DNA of 64,000 nucleotides from Squalus acanthias (taxonomy: Eukaryota), in assembly GCA_030390025.1 (NCBI GenBank), contig CM059433.1, forward strand, positions 19,098,001 through 19,162,000. Reading direction: 5' to 3'. The notes under the pieces were generated by a model. That model made no database searches. It had not been told where the DNA came from and saw only the letters and a program-made list of their open reading frames with translations. Below, one piece after another: positions 24,366-36,963 of this stretch. Each line of letters begins with the position of its first letter. The stretch's first letter is position 1. Position numbers and translations under genes: made by a program.

Positions 24366-25644
24366 GGCTTGCAAGAAGGCTGCGACAGGTCCCTCAAGGG
24401 ATCTTTTAGAGAATGTTAAGGGAGACAGAGAATATCTGTGGGCAACTTATAGGGGGATTCGAGTGATAGTTTAAAATAGGGATGGGGCAGCATACTACCA
24501 GTGAGGGGAGAAAAGAAAGGTGGCATGATGAGGTGATGGGAAGGGGAGGAGACAGGAGCGAAGGGCCCGAGAGGTGCTAAGAGAAGAAAGCAAAGGCAGG
24601 TAAAAGTAATTTGCTCAGGTCCAGAGTGGTAGCCAAAATGGCACGCGAATACACACAGGAAATTTTGGTTACATAGGCATGGCAGAGATTGAGGGACATG
24701 TCCTGGTTATAATTCGAGGGCATAGTAGAGATGATATGAAAGAGTCCAAAGTGGTGGGTAGAAGTTGGCTTGTCGACAGGGTGGAGTCAGCTTGGAGCAT
24801 CCACGAGCCAGTGTCCAGGTTTGGAGACGGTTGTGGAGAGGGAGTGGGTCCAGGAGCTGTTTGAGGACAGAGCATCAGTGGGCACACTGCTGGAGGTTGT
24901 CCACTGGAATCAGAGGGGTGAAGAATGTCAATTAAAAAGGAAATATAGAGTAGAGCCTTTGATAAGTGAGAATTGAACTGGAAAAATGGTGTCAAGGTGT
25001 CCACGATATCTCTTTCCCGTCCCCCATACTGAAGAAGCTAGGGAAAAATTTCCTGGTCTGTGATTGGGTCCACTGGATCGCCTAAGTGGAGCAAATTTCA
25101 GAAAATTGGCTGGGTCTGGGGCTCACACCAATAAAGGAACCAGCCTGAATATCCTCCCATTCATTTCAGTCATGCTCGCCAACTATTTTTTTTTTTTTTT
25201 TACAGTGCTAGGTATTGTACATGGGATGTCAGAGACGTTGCTGTTTTATAATGACAGGAGCTTCATAATACCATGAAACTTTAATCAGCAGTATGATATT
25301 CTGCATCTCTCAGCTTGCCTCAGAGTGAAGGAAGTTTCCGAATGGAACAGCAGGTGCTCCACTTACTGGCAATTGAATCTAAATTATAATTTTAAACAGT
25401 GCCAGCGAGCTAAGCACTTGCTGACTGTATGGTCAGCTGTTTTAGTACCAGCTGGAAACTTCCATGTTATGTCTCGCAGAGTTTGTAATTTTTTTCTCCC
25501 TTTCTCGCTATGTTTACGTTTGTCTTTCTCTACCTTCTGGGTGGTATGCTCTATCCCTTTCCTTTCTCACACAGTTTCTCTCTCCATATCTGTTTCTCCA
25601 GCACCCAACCGAGCCCTGTGGATTCTTGCTGGGTGGCTATGTTC

Positions 25645-26045
25645 CCCAGAAGTTCAGTGGGATGGGATTTCCACTCCAGAGCACTGAGCCCATAATCTAG
25701 GCTGACAGCACAGTGCAGTGCTGAGGGATTGCTGCACTGTCGGAGGTGCCGTCTTTCGGATGAGACGTTAGTCCTCTCAGGCGGACGTAAATGATTCCAT
25801 GGCACTATTCTGAAGAGCAGGGGAGGCCTTCCCGGTATCCTGGTCAATATTTATATCTCAACCAACATCACTAAAACAGATTATCTGGTCATTATCACAT
25901 TGTTGTTTGTGGAACCTTGCTGTGTGCAGATTGGCTGCTGTGTTTCCCACATTGCAACACTTTGAAAGTATTTAATTGGCTGTAAAGCGCTTTGGAGCAT
26001 CCCGAAGTTGTAAAAGATGCATTATAAATGCAAGCCTTTTTTTTT
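25645..26045 (+). mobile_element. DeuSINE (SacSINE1-like) copy, 5'-degenerate
   Basis: Deu-domain GCTGCACTGTCGGAGGTGCCGTCTTTCGGATGAGACGTTA; matches 40989-41462. Confidence 0.85.
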
Positions 26046-27026
26046 CCACCCGTCAGTCTGCCCTGCTGCTGATCTGGTCCCAAATCCCTCTGATTACTGT
26101 TGCACTGTTCCCTTTTGGTGCCTTCACTCAGGCCAGAACTTGATCTATGCCTGCTACCTCTCAGCAGACGCTGGGTCCATCACAGACGCTTCAGGCAGTA
26201 TTCTCAAGGAAGCCCAGGAATAGCCCCAAACTACTGCCAGGATATCGGGCAGGGCAGAAGAAGAATTCCGGGTTTCATGGGCCGTTAAAATGAGGGAGAA
26301 ACCCAGTTCTGGCCAAACCGTGACTCAACTGCCACAACCACATTGCAATTGCGCCACCTGAGGTAGATCTTCCGCCCACTTTTTCTTTTTACCAAATCTT
26401 CTCCCGTGTTCTCTCCTGAAGCTATTGGCTCCAGCTGAGGAACAGTTCCACAACAGAATGTAGCGCTCTGGTACTCCACCCAAGTGACCACTCTCCATAT
26501 TGAAAGGTTATTTTATTGGCAAAGCACATTAGCTGCAAAGGTACAAAAGTAAAAACCACTTACAAATGTGCTTGGACTTTGCACTAAAATATAACACAAG
26601 CATTACGGACCTCGCCATAGAGCAGATAGTAATGTTCAACTTTCCCAAAGGTTTCTTAGAGCTTGTAGAGCTAAGTGTGCCATATAGAACGTACAAATGC
26701 GGAAAGACTATTGTATCAGTGAATGCAATTAGTAAAGAAGTTAGTAGTGGTGAAGTTTGAGGCCCATTGAAGTAGCACAGACACTATACATCAGCCAGGA
26801 TTCCCACTGCTGATCGCCCTACAGTGACCTCTACTGGAAGGTGCATGTGTGTGGATGTTGGGCTTGGCTGTGATGCCTCTGTGGTTGAATAATCTGCTGG
26901 CACTCACCATCTACATTCATACATAAAGAATAGGTGAGGTACCTAAGGACCTGTACCCCACCAGCAGTCAACATCTCTAGGAGAGGGAAAGGAAAAAAAA
27001 AAATCGGCAAAAAAAATTTGGAAGCC

Positions 27027-27470
27027 TTGGGGATGATGTTCAATCGCTGCCCGCCTGTTTCTCGCCTGAAAAACGGGCAGCTGGCAGTTAAAAATTGAGG
27101 GGTGGGCACCTTGGCCTCGTGATGGAATTTTCAGGCGGGCCTGTAAATGGACCGACGGCATGCCCACCTGTTTTGGGCGGGAGGCTGTTTAAATAAGCAG
27201 GTCGGGGTCCTACGCCACTGAAAGACCCCGATTGCCATTTTGAGGTACCAATGGGCACGTGGCGAGTGTGCGTGGCGCATGCTTCGCTCATTTTGTACGA
27301 GGCAGCAGGTGGCCGTACCAGCGGTTCTCAAAGGGCCCCTGGTGGCCGCACCAGCCGGTTCAGTGCAGGAGCCGGCCGATTTCCTGCCTACCCACAGCTG
27401 GCAAGCTGCAACAATAGTGCTTGTTTGGTGCCCGCAGCTTGCTGGCTACGTTCAAATCAGGCCCAAATCT
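27027..27470. mobile_element. Probable Harbinger-like MITE fragment
   Basis: GGGGATGATGTTCAA start; GC/CpG-rich interior resembling other non-autonomous elements; no clear partner TIR. Confidence 0.35.
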
Positions 27471-27714
27471 GAAAATGGATTGTGCCTCCTGATGCTGGTT
27501 TCAGGCAGAAGGAGCAGCTACTTCATTGACCACATCCATTTTGGGGGAAGTCAAAAATCCCCTCCCCTCCCCCCTTTTAAAGTATCACACTTTTCTGCTT
27601 TCGAATTGGTGAATTTTGGCCAATCAGGAAGAAGCCGTTACCAACCTTCCTGGCTTGGGAATTAAAAGTTTTATTTTTTATTTTTTTTTAAGAGCTGAGG
27701 CTTCCAAGTTTGCA

Positions 27715-27930
27715 GAGTTTGGGGTTAGGGAGGATGGCATGAAAAGGAACGGAGGAGAATGAGGGAGAAAAGGTAAAAGGGGAAGAGGCTGAGGGGCCAA
27801 GGATGAGTAAGACGAAGGCAGAAATGAGTGGGGAAAAATAGGCAGTAGGATGAGGAAGACAAGGAAGTAGGGCTAGAAAAGAGGGGTAGGATGAAGGGGA
27901 AAGGAGGAAAAAGAAAATGGAGGTGTACAT
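27715..27930 (+). repeat. Low-complexity polypurine tract
   Basis: Mostly G/A over ~210 bp. Confidence 0.7.
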
Positions 27931-28039
27931 TTTTGTGTTGAGAAGGTCTTGCTTTTTTGTGAATGGAGTTGCACTTTATGAATGAGGGTCTTGCTTAAGA
28001 ATCCCGACCTCTGCCCCACTCATCACGATCGAGGGGACC

Positions 28040-28254
28040 TAAAACAGGCATTAGGCCCCTTTTATTTATATATTTAAGGAACCTAACACCTATTTTAGGA
28101 ACCATCAGGGATGCCTGAAAAATGGCCCGACCCAATTTCGGATCGAATGTTTTTCAGGTGTTCTTGGGGCGCAGGAAGCTGGTCCCTGAAATTGCGCCTC
28201 GTTGTACTTTTTTACGCATGGAAAACGGGCACACCGAGTTCCAATTTCTACCCC
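28040..28254. mobile_element. Half of a Harbinger-like MITE (right TIR CAATTTCTACCCC)
   Basis: Reverse complement aligns with 30878-31030. Confidence 0.65.
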
Positions 28255-28374
28255 TTGGTCTGCATCAGAATAACTGCAGAAGCTTTCTACACTACATCTG
28301 TCACTGTTCCTAAACCACAAAGGTGACACAGGCTCACAACAGTACCTCACACTGTGTCCCACGCAGGACGACTA

Positions 28375-28558
28375 TATAGAATCATAGAATAGAATCTTAC
28401 AGCACAGAAGGAGGCCATTCGGCCCATCGTGCCTGCGCTGGGTCTTTGAAAGAGCCAGCCAATTAGTCCCACTCCCCTGCTCTTTCCCCATAGCCTTGCA
28501 ATTTTTTCCTTTTCAAGTAGATGTATTTTGAAAGTTACTATTGAAGCTGCTTCCACCA
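28375..28558 (-). mobile_element. CR1 3' tail
   Basis: ATAGAATC repeats and GGCCATTCGGCCC stem-loop. Confidence 0.8.
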
Positions 28559-29883
28559 ATTTACTTCACACAATAGCATATTTGTCATTGTACCTAACCC
28601 AGATTAATTATAGATGCTCACATGTGTGAGCAGAATGATCACGAAGGCTCCATTACTTGTCCGGTTACTGCACCTGCATGAACTTCTCACCAAAGTGGTT
28701 ATCACTGTATCTCACCCAGGGTGACGGAAGAAGCAGCCAAATTCCCTGAACTTAGGGTACAATAACATACAAAATAAAGGGCAAATAAACACAATTTTGA
28801 AAACTATCCTCTGAAAGCAGAAGAGTAAGTTGATTTTATTTTATAAAAATAAACAACATTGCTCCTTTGAAAGTTTTGTATAACTTTAACAAACTCAGCA
28901 TATTCCTGCAATAAAAATGTTTTGCTGACAATCCAAATTACTGATGTATCCATGGTACGTAAACAAAGTCTTCCTGCTTTATTGTAATGTGGATGAATTC
29001 CCCATTGTCATATTGGTGAAGTATCATTTGTCACTGCCACGTACTTATTACTCATTATATGTAATATTTGATCATTTTCAAGTTACTGTTGAAGGCAATA
29101 ATTTATGAATTAGCTATGACACATGCACATATGGTTTCTTGTAGAAATTAATACAGAAGAAAGATTGTTTTGATTAGGATGTTTAAATTAAGATATTTCA
29201 AAACTTGGTTTACTTTCTAAACATTCATAAAATGAAACTTAAAAAGTTGTCCAGACTCATTCATGTCAATCTGCATTCCAGAATGATCATCTCATAAATT
29301 ATTTCAAGATGAATCCTGACTACTTCAGCAAGACTGAGAAAAGGGCAATTTATGGTTGTAGGAATCGCTTTACAAAGAGTGCCTGGCACTTCAAGATAAG
29401 AGTCCTGATCAATACCAGTGTTTTGTAAAATGTAATAAAGATGCAATATCTTTGTGTATAGGTTTAGAAAACAGGCTAAAGTTGTACAATTTTTCTTAAT
29501 TTAGTTACTACGAATATTTATGAAATCTTTTTTCTGCATGTTTCGGCATGTGTACAAATTCCTGCAGCGACTTATCTCACCAGTTGTCTTCCCTGCTGAA
29601 CGCCTTGATTCCTTGCCAACCAGGACACTTCCAGCAGAGATCACTGGTTAACGAGCAGAAGTGGTCCCTCTCCATGGAAGCCTTTACTATATCACTCTCT
29701 GTCCTTTTTCATCTCTCAGTTTGTCCCCTCCATCAGGAAGTCTTGCTGAGAAACATGGTTGTTACTAAAATAAAAAAGATTAAATGCTGGAAATACACAG
29801 TCAGCAACTGTAAAGATAAAAGACAGGCTATTGACGCTTTGGTTCTAATGAAAGGTACACTCCAGAAACGTCATTAACCTTAT

Positions 29884-30628
29884 GGGCCATATTTTCCGAT
29901 CGCTGCGGGTGGGTACGCGCTGTGTACACACCCGTGGGGACATCGGAAATGCCGGTTTCAGGCATGCACAGCGCACGCACTGAAAACCGGCATTTCCGAT
30001 CTGTCAAGAATGCTCTTGCCACACCGGATGCCTGCCCTGGAGAAGGGCCTCTGCGGACGGATAGTTCCGCTTTCTGGAGAATCTCCGCCCGCAGAAAACC
30101 TTTAGAAATCTTACGCCTGGTAAAAGCAGGCGTAAGGCCTGCTTTTACTAGCAGAAGAGTTGAAAAAAGTCAGAAATGTTTCCCCCCACTCATTTATCAT
30201 TTAAAAAAGGTAAGTTTATTTTTAGCCCCATAAAAAACTTTAATTACTTTTTTCAAAAAATTAAATTTTTGTTTAAAATATTTAATTTATTGTAATTTCA
30301 ACTCATTTTAAAAATGTGATTTAAAAAAAATGTATTTAATGTTTTACAGTGTTTTTGGGGTGATCTCCATTCATATATTTGACAGGTCTATCTGTCAAGT
30401 GTATGAAGGGAGATTCCCTTCTCCTATTGGCTCCCCATGGCCCATGTGATACCAGGGACGTTTGCGAACCGCATACGCCTCTGGAATACGTGGGCCCTGC
30501 GCATTTCGAGTTTGGTGAGGCCCAGGAGCGGAAGTATACGCACCTCGGGAGCCCTCAGGTAAGTCCGTAGATTTTTCCAGATCGGAGGCCTCCGCATGCA
30601 GGAAGCCTCCAATCGGAAAATACGGGTC
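29884..30628. mobile_element. Harbinger-like non-autonomous element (~745 bp)
   Basis: TIRs GGGCCATATTTTCCGAT ... ATCGGAAAATACGGGTC; internal hairpins at 29942-30000, 30120-30148, 30379-30398; TSD imperfect (TAT/ATT). Confidence 0.7.
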
Positions 30629-30877
30629 ATTGCTTCTCTTTACGAATTCTGAATTGCTGTGTATAACCAGCATTTTCTGTTTATATTTCAGATTTCCAGT
30701 TTTTATTTTTTTCCCCCCACTGATGCTGGTACAATATGTACTTCAATAACTTTACATTTCAATATTTTAACTTTGGCAGAATTAACTAGGAATCATAAAA
30801 ATGAACACCAATCTAAATATTATTTTATACTATCCACACAGCCAATTTTCCAAGCCAGTTCTTCCCTTTAGACACAA

Positions 30878-31030
30878 GGGAGTAGAAATTGTGCCCATTT
30901 TACGGTCCAATTTCGGGACCAATGGCCTGTGCCCCAAGGACGCCTGAAAGATGTTCGACCCTAAACTGGGTCATGCTATTTTTCAGGCATCCCTGGCGGC
31001 CGTCTAAAACAGGCGTTAGGCCCCTTACAT
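30878..31030. mobile_element. Half of a Harbinger-like MITE (left TIR GGGAGTAGAAATTG)
   Basis: Same family as 28040-28254, opposite orientation. Confidence 0.6.
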
Positions 31031-31529
31031 ATGTAGACGTTGCAGCCGCATTGCTGCCTTCACGTCTGAAACTGGTCACCGATGAACTTCTACCCAAATT
31101 TATCTAAACAGTACTACACACATGGAGACATTATCAATCCTTTGAGATCTCACGAAATTTAAAAAAAAACAAGCTAACTAAGTCGCAGGTCACTTTTACA
31201 GCACATCCCAGTGTCTCTTGTGTTGATTAAAACTTGTCAGTAAACAGGCCATCCAACTTCAGGCTAGAATATAATTTTATCATGTGGAATATTATGGTAA
31301 TTTCAGGGAAAGACAGGGCCTGTTCTCCATGAATGGGAGTTGTAGCTAATGGATAGTACACGAACAGCTGAGTTACTGTTTCTTTGGACAAAATTTCAAT
31401 ACAATCTCTTCAACTACCTTTAATTTAAAGAGATGCCATCCTGGCAAAATTATTTGCATGCAAATTTTCCCTGGTTTGAAAATGGAGGTTCGCAATAATG
31501 GGATAGGTGGTGCAATTGTGTTGGAAACC

Positions 31530-32083
31530 AGGGCCAAGATTTTCTTCCACTATCCTGCCCGAAAATCAGGTGGTGAGGCCTACGGCTGCATTCCTGTCTG
31601 ACCACAATTTCCCTCCCTGTCACGCCGCCCTTCTCTGCCCGCTGCACTTAAATGGCGGCGGGGAATGCCAGGCTTCCCCATTTCCCTGCTTTTCACTGCC
31701 AATTGCGCTGCCCCCAGGAGAGAAGTGATGGCAGATCCTGGGGCAGTGGCAAAAGGCCAACCGATGCCCCTTTTGGAGAGGGCCCAGTTGTGGGCCTTCC
31801 CTCCCATTCGGCCTAAACCTGCATGTCCTCCCTTCAAGCTTTCGGGCTCTTTCAACCCCTTTAAATTGTCCAACCCCATTGGGTGCTCCAGTGATGATCC
31901 TGCTGCAGCACCACCAAATTTTCTTTGGGAGTAGAGGCAGGCTCCTGCTTGCTGGCAGACCGGGATGACTAATGAGTTGTGGCTAATGACTAATTTTCCA
32001 ACCCAGGAAAATGGGTTGAGGCCGCAGTGGTGGATTGAAGTCCCGCCCCGACCCTCCTGGAACAGGAAGAATAAAATCATCCA
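31530..32083. mobile_element. Probable decayed Harbinger-like MITE
   Basis: GGGCCAAGATTTTCTTCC start, GAAGAATAAAATCATCC end, GC-rich interior. Confidence 0.4.
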
Positions 32084-32164
32084 CTGCAGCACTGACCAAC
32101 ATGGTGGATTGAAACCAAGTTCATTATGGGGATTTATTTCATGAAAAAGGGTTAAGGAAATTTG

Positions 32165-32286
32165 AAATAAAAACAGAAAATGCTGGAAATACTCAGCAGA
32201 TCAGGCAGCATCTGTGGAGGGAGAAACAGAGTTAACATTTCAGGTCGATGATTTATTTCTGATTTCCAGCATCCGCAGTATTTTGC
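32165..32286. mobile_element. Penelope-like short insertion with inverted 5' segment
   Basis: 32165-32250 is the reverse complement of the 13755-13845-type body, 32251-32286 is the forward 3' end; flanked by TTAAGGAAATTTG (32152-32164, 32287-32299). Confidence 0.72.
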
Positions 32287-33095
32287 TTAAGGAAATTTGC
32301 TTTGTTCTCTCTGGAAAAGGGACTCTGAGGTGACCCAACTGAAGTTTTCATGATTATGAAGTGAATTGAGATAATAGATGTAAACAAATTTGGTGAGAAC
32401 TCAAATATCAGGAGGCACCTGTTAAAAATGAGGAAGTCAGGAAAACAAAATTTGCACAGAGGGTTATAGAATTGTGGACTAAGTTACCAAGAAAGGCCAA
32501 TAAAACACACAACACAAGTGGATTCAAGAGACAACTGATGTGTCTCTTAAATGAGAAGAGATTGAGGGATATGGTGAGGAGGTGGTGCAATAAAAAAAAG
32601 TTCTTCAGTACCCAATTGCGAGTTGTGAACTCTCCTGAAAATTTTGTTATTCCACAGGGATTTTTTTTCCAGATCTGCATCAAATGTGGTGCCAATTCTG
32701 GGCACAATTATATTGTCAATTCACAGTTCACAAAAAGCGCAAAGGTCTTCTTGCTTATTTCGAAATAAGGTGCATGTGAGGGACACAGATTCATCCCTTG
32801 TTACATTTCAAAACACATACTATGGGTGCTGCCTTAATACATCTGGGAAACCAGGCAAAGTAGGAGTTTAGTTTAATGTGCTGAAATAGTTAGATCGGTT
32901 CGCTTCTAAAACAATTTGTGGTCTACCCACCAACAGGTTTAGTGGTTGCTTATTACACAATTAGTTGTCACAACACATCTAGTGTTGGGGGAATATTTCC
33001 ATTGTCCGCTATTTATCACAAAATCGTAGCTGTCTTCTTAGCACTTGCCTTTACGATTTTGCTACAAATAATGAAGAGGAAAATTTTCCCCTGAT

Positions 33096-33990
33096 GGGGC
33101 AGATTTTGCGGTGGGTATGTCTGAGAGTATGCCGTCATACCGCCTTTGAACTTGCAATCCGTCAAGTTACGACTTGACAGATGATCAGACGGGGAAATAC
33201 TCATTGCTGGCGCAGAGTTAGGCTAATTGCCCACCAACTGCCCAGCAATTACGGACGAAAGTGTTATGGTCAGTGAAAGCAGGCGCAGGAGTCTGTTTCA
33301 CTGCGAAAGGAACCATCTTTCTGTTCTTTTGCAGGTTAGTTGTGAAGTCGCGTTAATGGTGAAAATAATAAGAGTTTGCACCCAGCCAGAACATGTCTTC
33401 TCTTTAAAAGTTGGCAACCATGGTTGAAGAATACTGTAAGGCTGTAAAAATCCCCTTTCGACATAGTTCAGCAATAGCTAAACTGCTTTAGGGAGTGTAT
33501 TTTTTTAATTTATCAAAGGTTTTTTCATTTTAGACAAGCAGTAATATAATTTGATATCTTGAATAAATATGGTACAATTGACTGTAATACAGTTTAATGA
33601 AAAGAAAAAATCTAATCAATTTGCATTCCCACCCCCATTGTATGGAAAAGCACCTCCTTTCTCCTCTGTCGCCTTATTCTGCAACTTTTTCCCGTGTACC
33701 GGTTATCATATGCCACTGAAAAATTAACAGTAAAAGCCTGATGCTGGTTCCCACACATCTGTCCAGAGGAAACTCGGCGCTTCCACTGATTGGAGCACCA
33801 GGCCCACGTGATCCCAGGTACGCTTCCGCACATGCTGCGCCCCTGGGATCCATGGGCCATTAGGCTGTCCTCGAGCACGCAGTGTCAGAGAGCAAGCTCG
33901 CGAAGGAGGGACCCAGCTGCTAAGTTTGTACCCTATTTGGATGCTGGCGGCGTACTCCGTAGGTACACCGCCGACCGCAAAATCTGCCCT
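33096..33990. mobile_element. Harbinger-like non-autonomous element (~895 bp)
   Basis: TIRs GGGGCAGATTTTGCGGT ... ACCGCAAAATCTGCCCT; flanks GAT/GTT (3 bp, one mismatch); AT-rich centre with GC-rich ends. Confidence 0.78.
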
Positions 33991-35022
33991 GTTGTCTTTT
34001 GGACAACGTAACTTTAATGTCTACAGTATTATTATATCTTATCTTCGACCCAGGGCGGCTGGTTAACCAAACATTAGAGTATAATGAAGAGATGATTTTT
34101 CATAATATTTTTACTGTTCACAGACAGTCCATTAAATTGAAATATATATCCTTTTTATGGTTATTAGGTTCATAATTTCTTTAAACTTATGAAACGTTTC
34201 TGATGTGTTTGCAGATACAACGCACTACAGTAGGAGTACGAGCCAGAAAGAAACCAATCTAGACTACAGTGCTGGCCATGGATGTGTAAACAATCTGGCA
34301 ACACAAATGTTGATAGTATCATGCATGTTGAAAAATACTATTTTGATGATCAGCATGAGCTGTTCTTTTTAGTTAGCTAGTTTTTAAAAAAAGACAGAGC
34401 ATCATTTGTCATGTTTGAGTAGAAAAAAGTGGAAGCAATAAAAGAGCCATTTCTTGGGCAATGATGGGATCCTGATGCACAATTTAAAAGAGATGATTCA
34501 CAATATAATCCCGAGTGAGGACGCTTGGAATTATCTCTTCTACCAATCATCTTAAGGGAGGTGGTGAATATAGATTGGGCTATCTTAAGTATTGTTCCCG
34601 CCAACTAGATTCATGACAAAATTGGAAATGGTGGGGGGTGGGGTAATGATCGTACGGAAATATTTGAAATTTCTCCACACTCCACGGAGAGCTGCTGTTT
34701 CAAGCCTTCAGACTTGTCACAAAGTAACTCAGATGGCAATGAGGGACTCCATGTGAAACTTAGATTGGCGTATTTTCGGGTGCAGATGTCAGTACAAGAA
34801 TCCCGTCCCAACCGCGGTTTTGCCCTACGCGGATTTCAAGCATACACGGTTTCCTCTCTGCGACAACTTTTGCCAACCGCGGCAGTGAATTTTGCGTATA
34901 GGCGGTTTTCAATTTTCAAGGGTCGCGCTTCCAAACACGAGACTGCACTCATCCGCGCCGCTTTTTTGAGCATATTTACGACCACGCGTGGTCTCGCTCC
35001 ACTCGTGGGTATACTGTACCTG

Positions 35023-35143
35023 TAGAGAGAGAGAGTGTGTGTGTGTGTGTGTGTGTGTGTGAGTGAGTGAGTGAGTGAGTGAGTGAGTGAGTGAGTGAGT
35101 GAGTGAGGTGAGTGAGGTGAGTGAGTGAGGTGAGTGTGTGTGT
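35023..35143 (+). repeat. Compound microsatellite (GA)n(GT)n(GAGT)n inside the Tigger 5' region
   Basis: Directly visible. Confidence 0.95.
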
Positions 35144-35160
35144 ACGTTTAGCCCTTAATC

Positions 35161-36836
35161 ATGGCCCCTAAGCGTAATCTCAGTGGTAAAGGTGAATCAA
35201 TAGCGAAAAGGGCAAGGAATGTATTAACCTTAGATAGGAAATTAGATGTCATTAATAGACTTGCCCGTGGTGAAAGTACAGCGTCGATTGGACGACTAAT
35301 GGGGGTTAACGAGTCCAGTTAGAACCATAAAAAAAGTGAGGTGTCGATAAGGGCTAGTATTGCGGGTGGCTCTTCAAAAAGTGCTAAAGTGTCGTTTATG
35401 CCACAGGACCATAAGCTTGAAAAAATGGAGAAGGCATTTAATATCTGGTTGGAAGACCAGAACCAGAAAAAAGCGAATGTTAATTCCGCATGGGTACGTA
35501 AGAAGGCCCTTAGTATCTACAAGCATCTTACTGTGGCTGCCGGGGAAAGTGTAGATGACAAAGTTTCAAGCGAGTAAGGGCTGGTTGGAAAATTTTAAGA
35601 GGAGGTTCGCCTTGACTAACCTCAAGGTTGTGGGAGAATCGGCCTCAGCCAATCACGAGGCCGCTGCCAGGTTCCCGGAAGAGCTGAAGAAGTTGATCGC
35701 CGAGAAGGGTTACCTGCCGGAGCAGGTATTTAATGCGGATGAGACTGGTCTCTTCAGGAAGCGGATGCCTTCCCGAACTTTCATCGCGAAGGCTGAGAAG
35801 CATGCTTCGGGATTCAAGGTGGCTAAGGATAGGGTGACCCTTCTCCTTTGTGCTAACGCCAAGGGAGACTGTTTAGTGAAGCCGATGCTGCTCTACCACT
35901 CTCTGAATACCCGCGCTCTGAAGGGCAAAAACAAAAATTATCTACCTGTCTTTTGGCGTTCTAACCGCAAGGCGTGGGTTACTGCTGCAGTCTTCATGGA
36001 CTGGTTTCATAACTGTTTTGTGCATGACGTGGAGCGGTACCTTGTGAGACAAAATCTGGCCTTCACGGTCCTACTCATCCTCGACAATGCCCCCGGCCAC
36101 CCGCTGGCACTCCAATTCGCCCACCCTAATATTGAAGTCGTCTTCCTACCTCCCAACACGACATCACTCCTTCAACCCATGGACCAAGGTGTGATAGCCA
36201 CCTTCAAGGCATACTACATACGACGCAGCTTTGACCGCATGATGGAGGCTATGGAGGATGACGCAACACTGACGGTGAAAACCTGTTGGAAGGATTACAC
36301 CATCGCTGACTGCATCACCAACATAAAAGAATCGATGGATGAACTGAAGAGGACGACAATCAACGCCTGCTAGGGTAAACTTTGGAAAGAGGCAGTGAAT
36401 GACTTCCGAGGCTTCCCTACAGTTGCTGCTTAAGTTCAGCGCATTGTTGAAGATTGTGCGACGTTTGGGAGGCGAGGGGCTGACCGACATACAGCCTGAT
36501 GACATCGAGGAGCTCCTTGAGTTGCACGGCGAGGAGTTGACGGAGGAGGACCTTGATGAGCTGATACAGCATTCTAGTGAGGCAGAGGATGAAGCTAAAG
36601 ACGAGGATATGGTGGAGAAGTCGAAGATGACAAGTGCCAACCTTAGCAAGGCAATGCTCCTTGCTACTAATCTCTCCGACCTCTTTATGGAGATTGACCC
36701 ATTCTTGGAGCGTAGTTTAAAATTCAAGCGAAGTTTGGAGGATTTAATGAGACCATACGAGCAGGTCCAGAAAGATATTCAGAAAAAAATGAGTCAACCA
36801 TCCATCGCAGAATTCTTTAAGAAACCGCCCAGTTGA
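35161..36836 (+). pseudogene. Tigger/TIGD1-like transposase (HTH + CENP-B-type HTH + DDE_1, DD32D), disrupted
   Basis: MAPKR...LTLDRKLDVI; 'FQASKGWLENFKRR'; triad VFNADETG / LILDNAPGH / QPMDQG with 32 residues between the last two Asp; frameshifts near 35317, 35560 and ~36440, stops at 36371 and ~36431. Confidence 0.92.
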
Positions 36837-36876
36837 TCTTTTTTATTGTGTTATTTGAACATTTATTGTTTTTGTT

Positions 36877-36963
36877 AGGTTATTGTGTATTTTATGTGTT
36901 TATTAAGGTTATTGTGTATTTTATGTGTTTATTAAGGTTATTGTGTATTTTATGTGTTTATTA
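36877..36963 (+). repeat. Tandem repeat, 29 bp x3 (AGGTTATTGTGTATTTTATGTGTTTATTA)
   Basis: Three identical units in the Tigger 3' region. Confidence 0.92.

Noticed and set aside
29770..29880. Possible additional hammerhead/Penelope-like remnant (CTAATGA...GAAACGTC)
   Set aside because: Core and stem II are degenerate, so a ribozyme cannot be supported
34215..34620. Protein-like reading fragments after a TTTGCAG acceptor
   Set aside because: Interrupted by stops, no family recognised, no convincing donor
36164..36727. 187-aa minus-strand ORF
   Set aside because: Antisense shadow of the Tigger transposase
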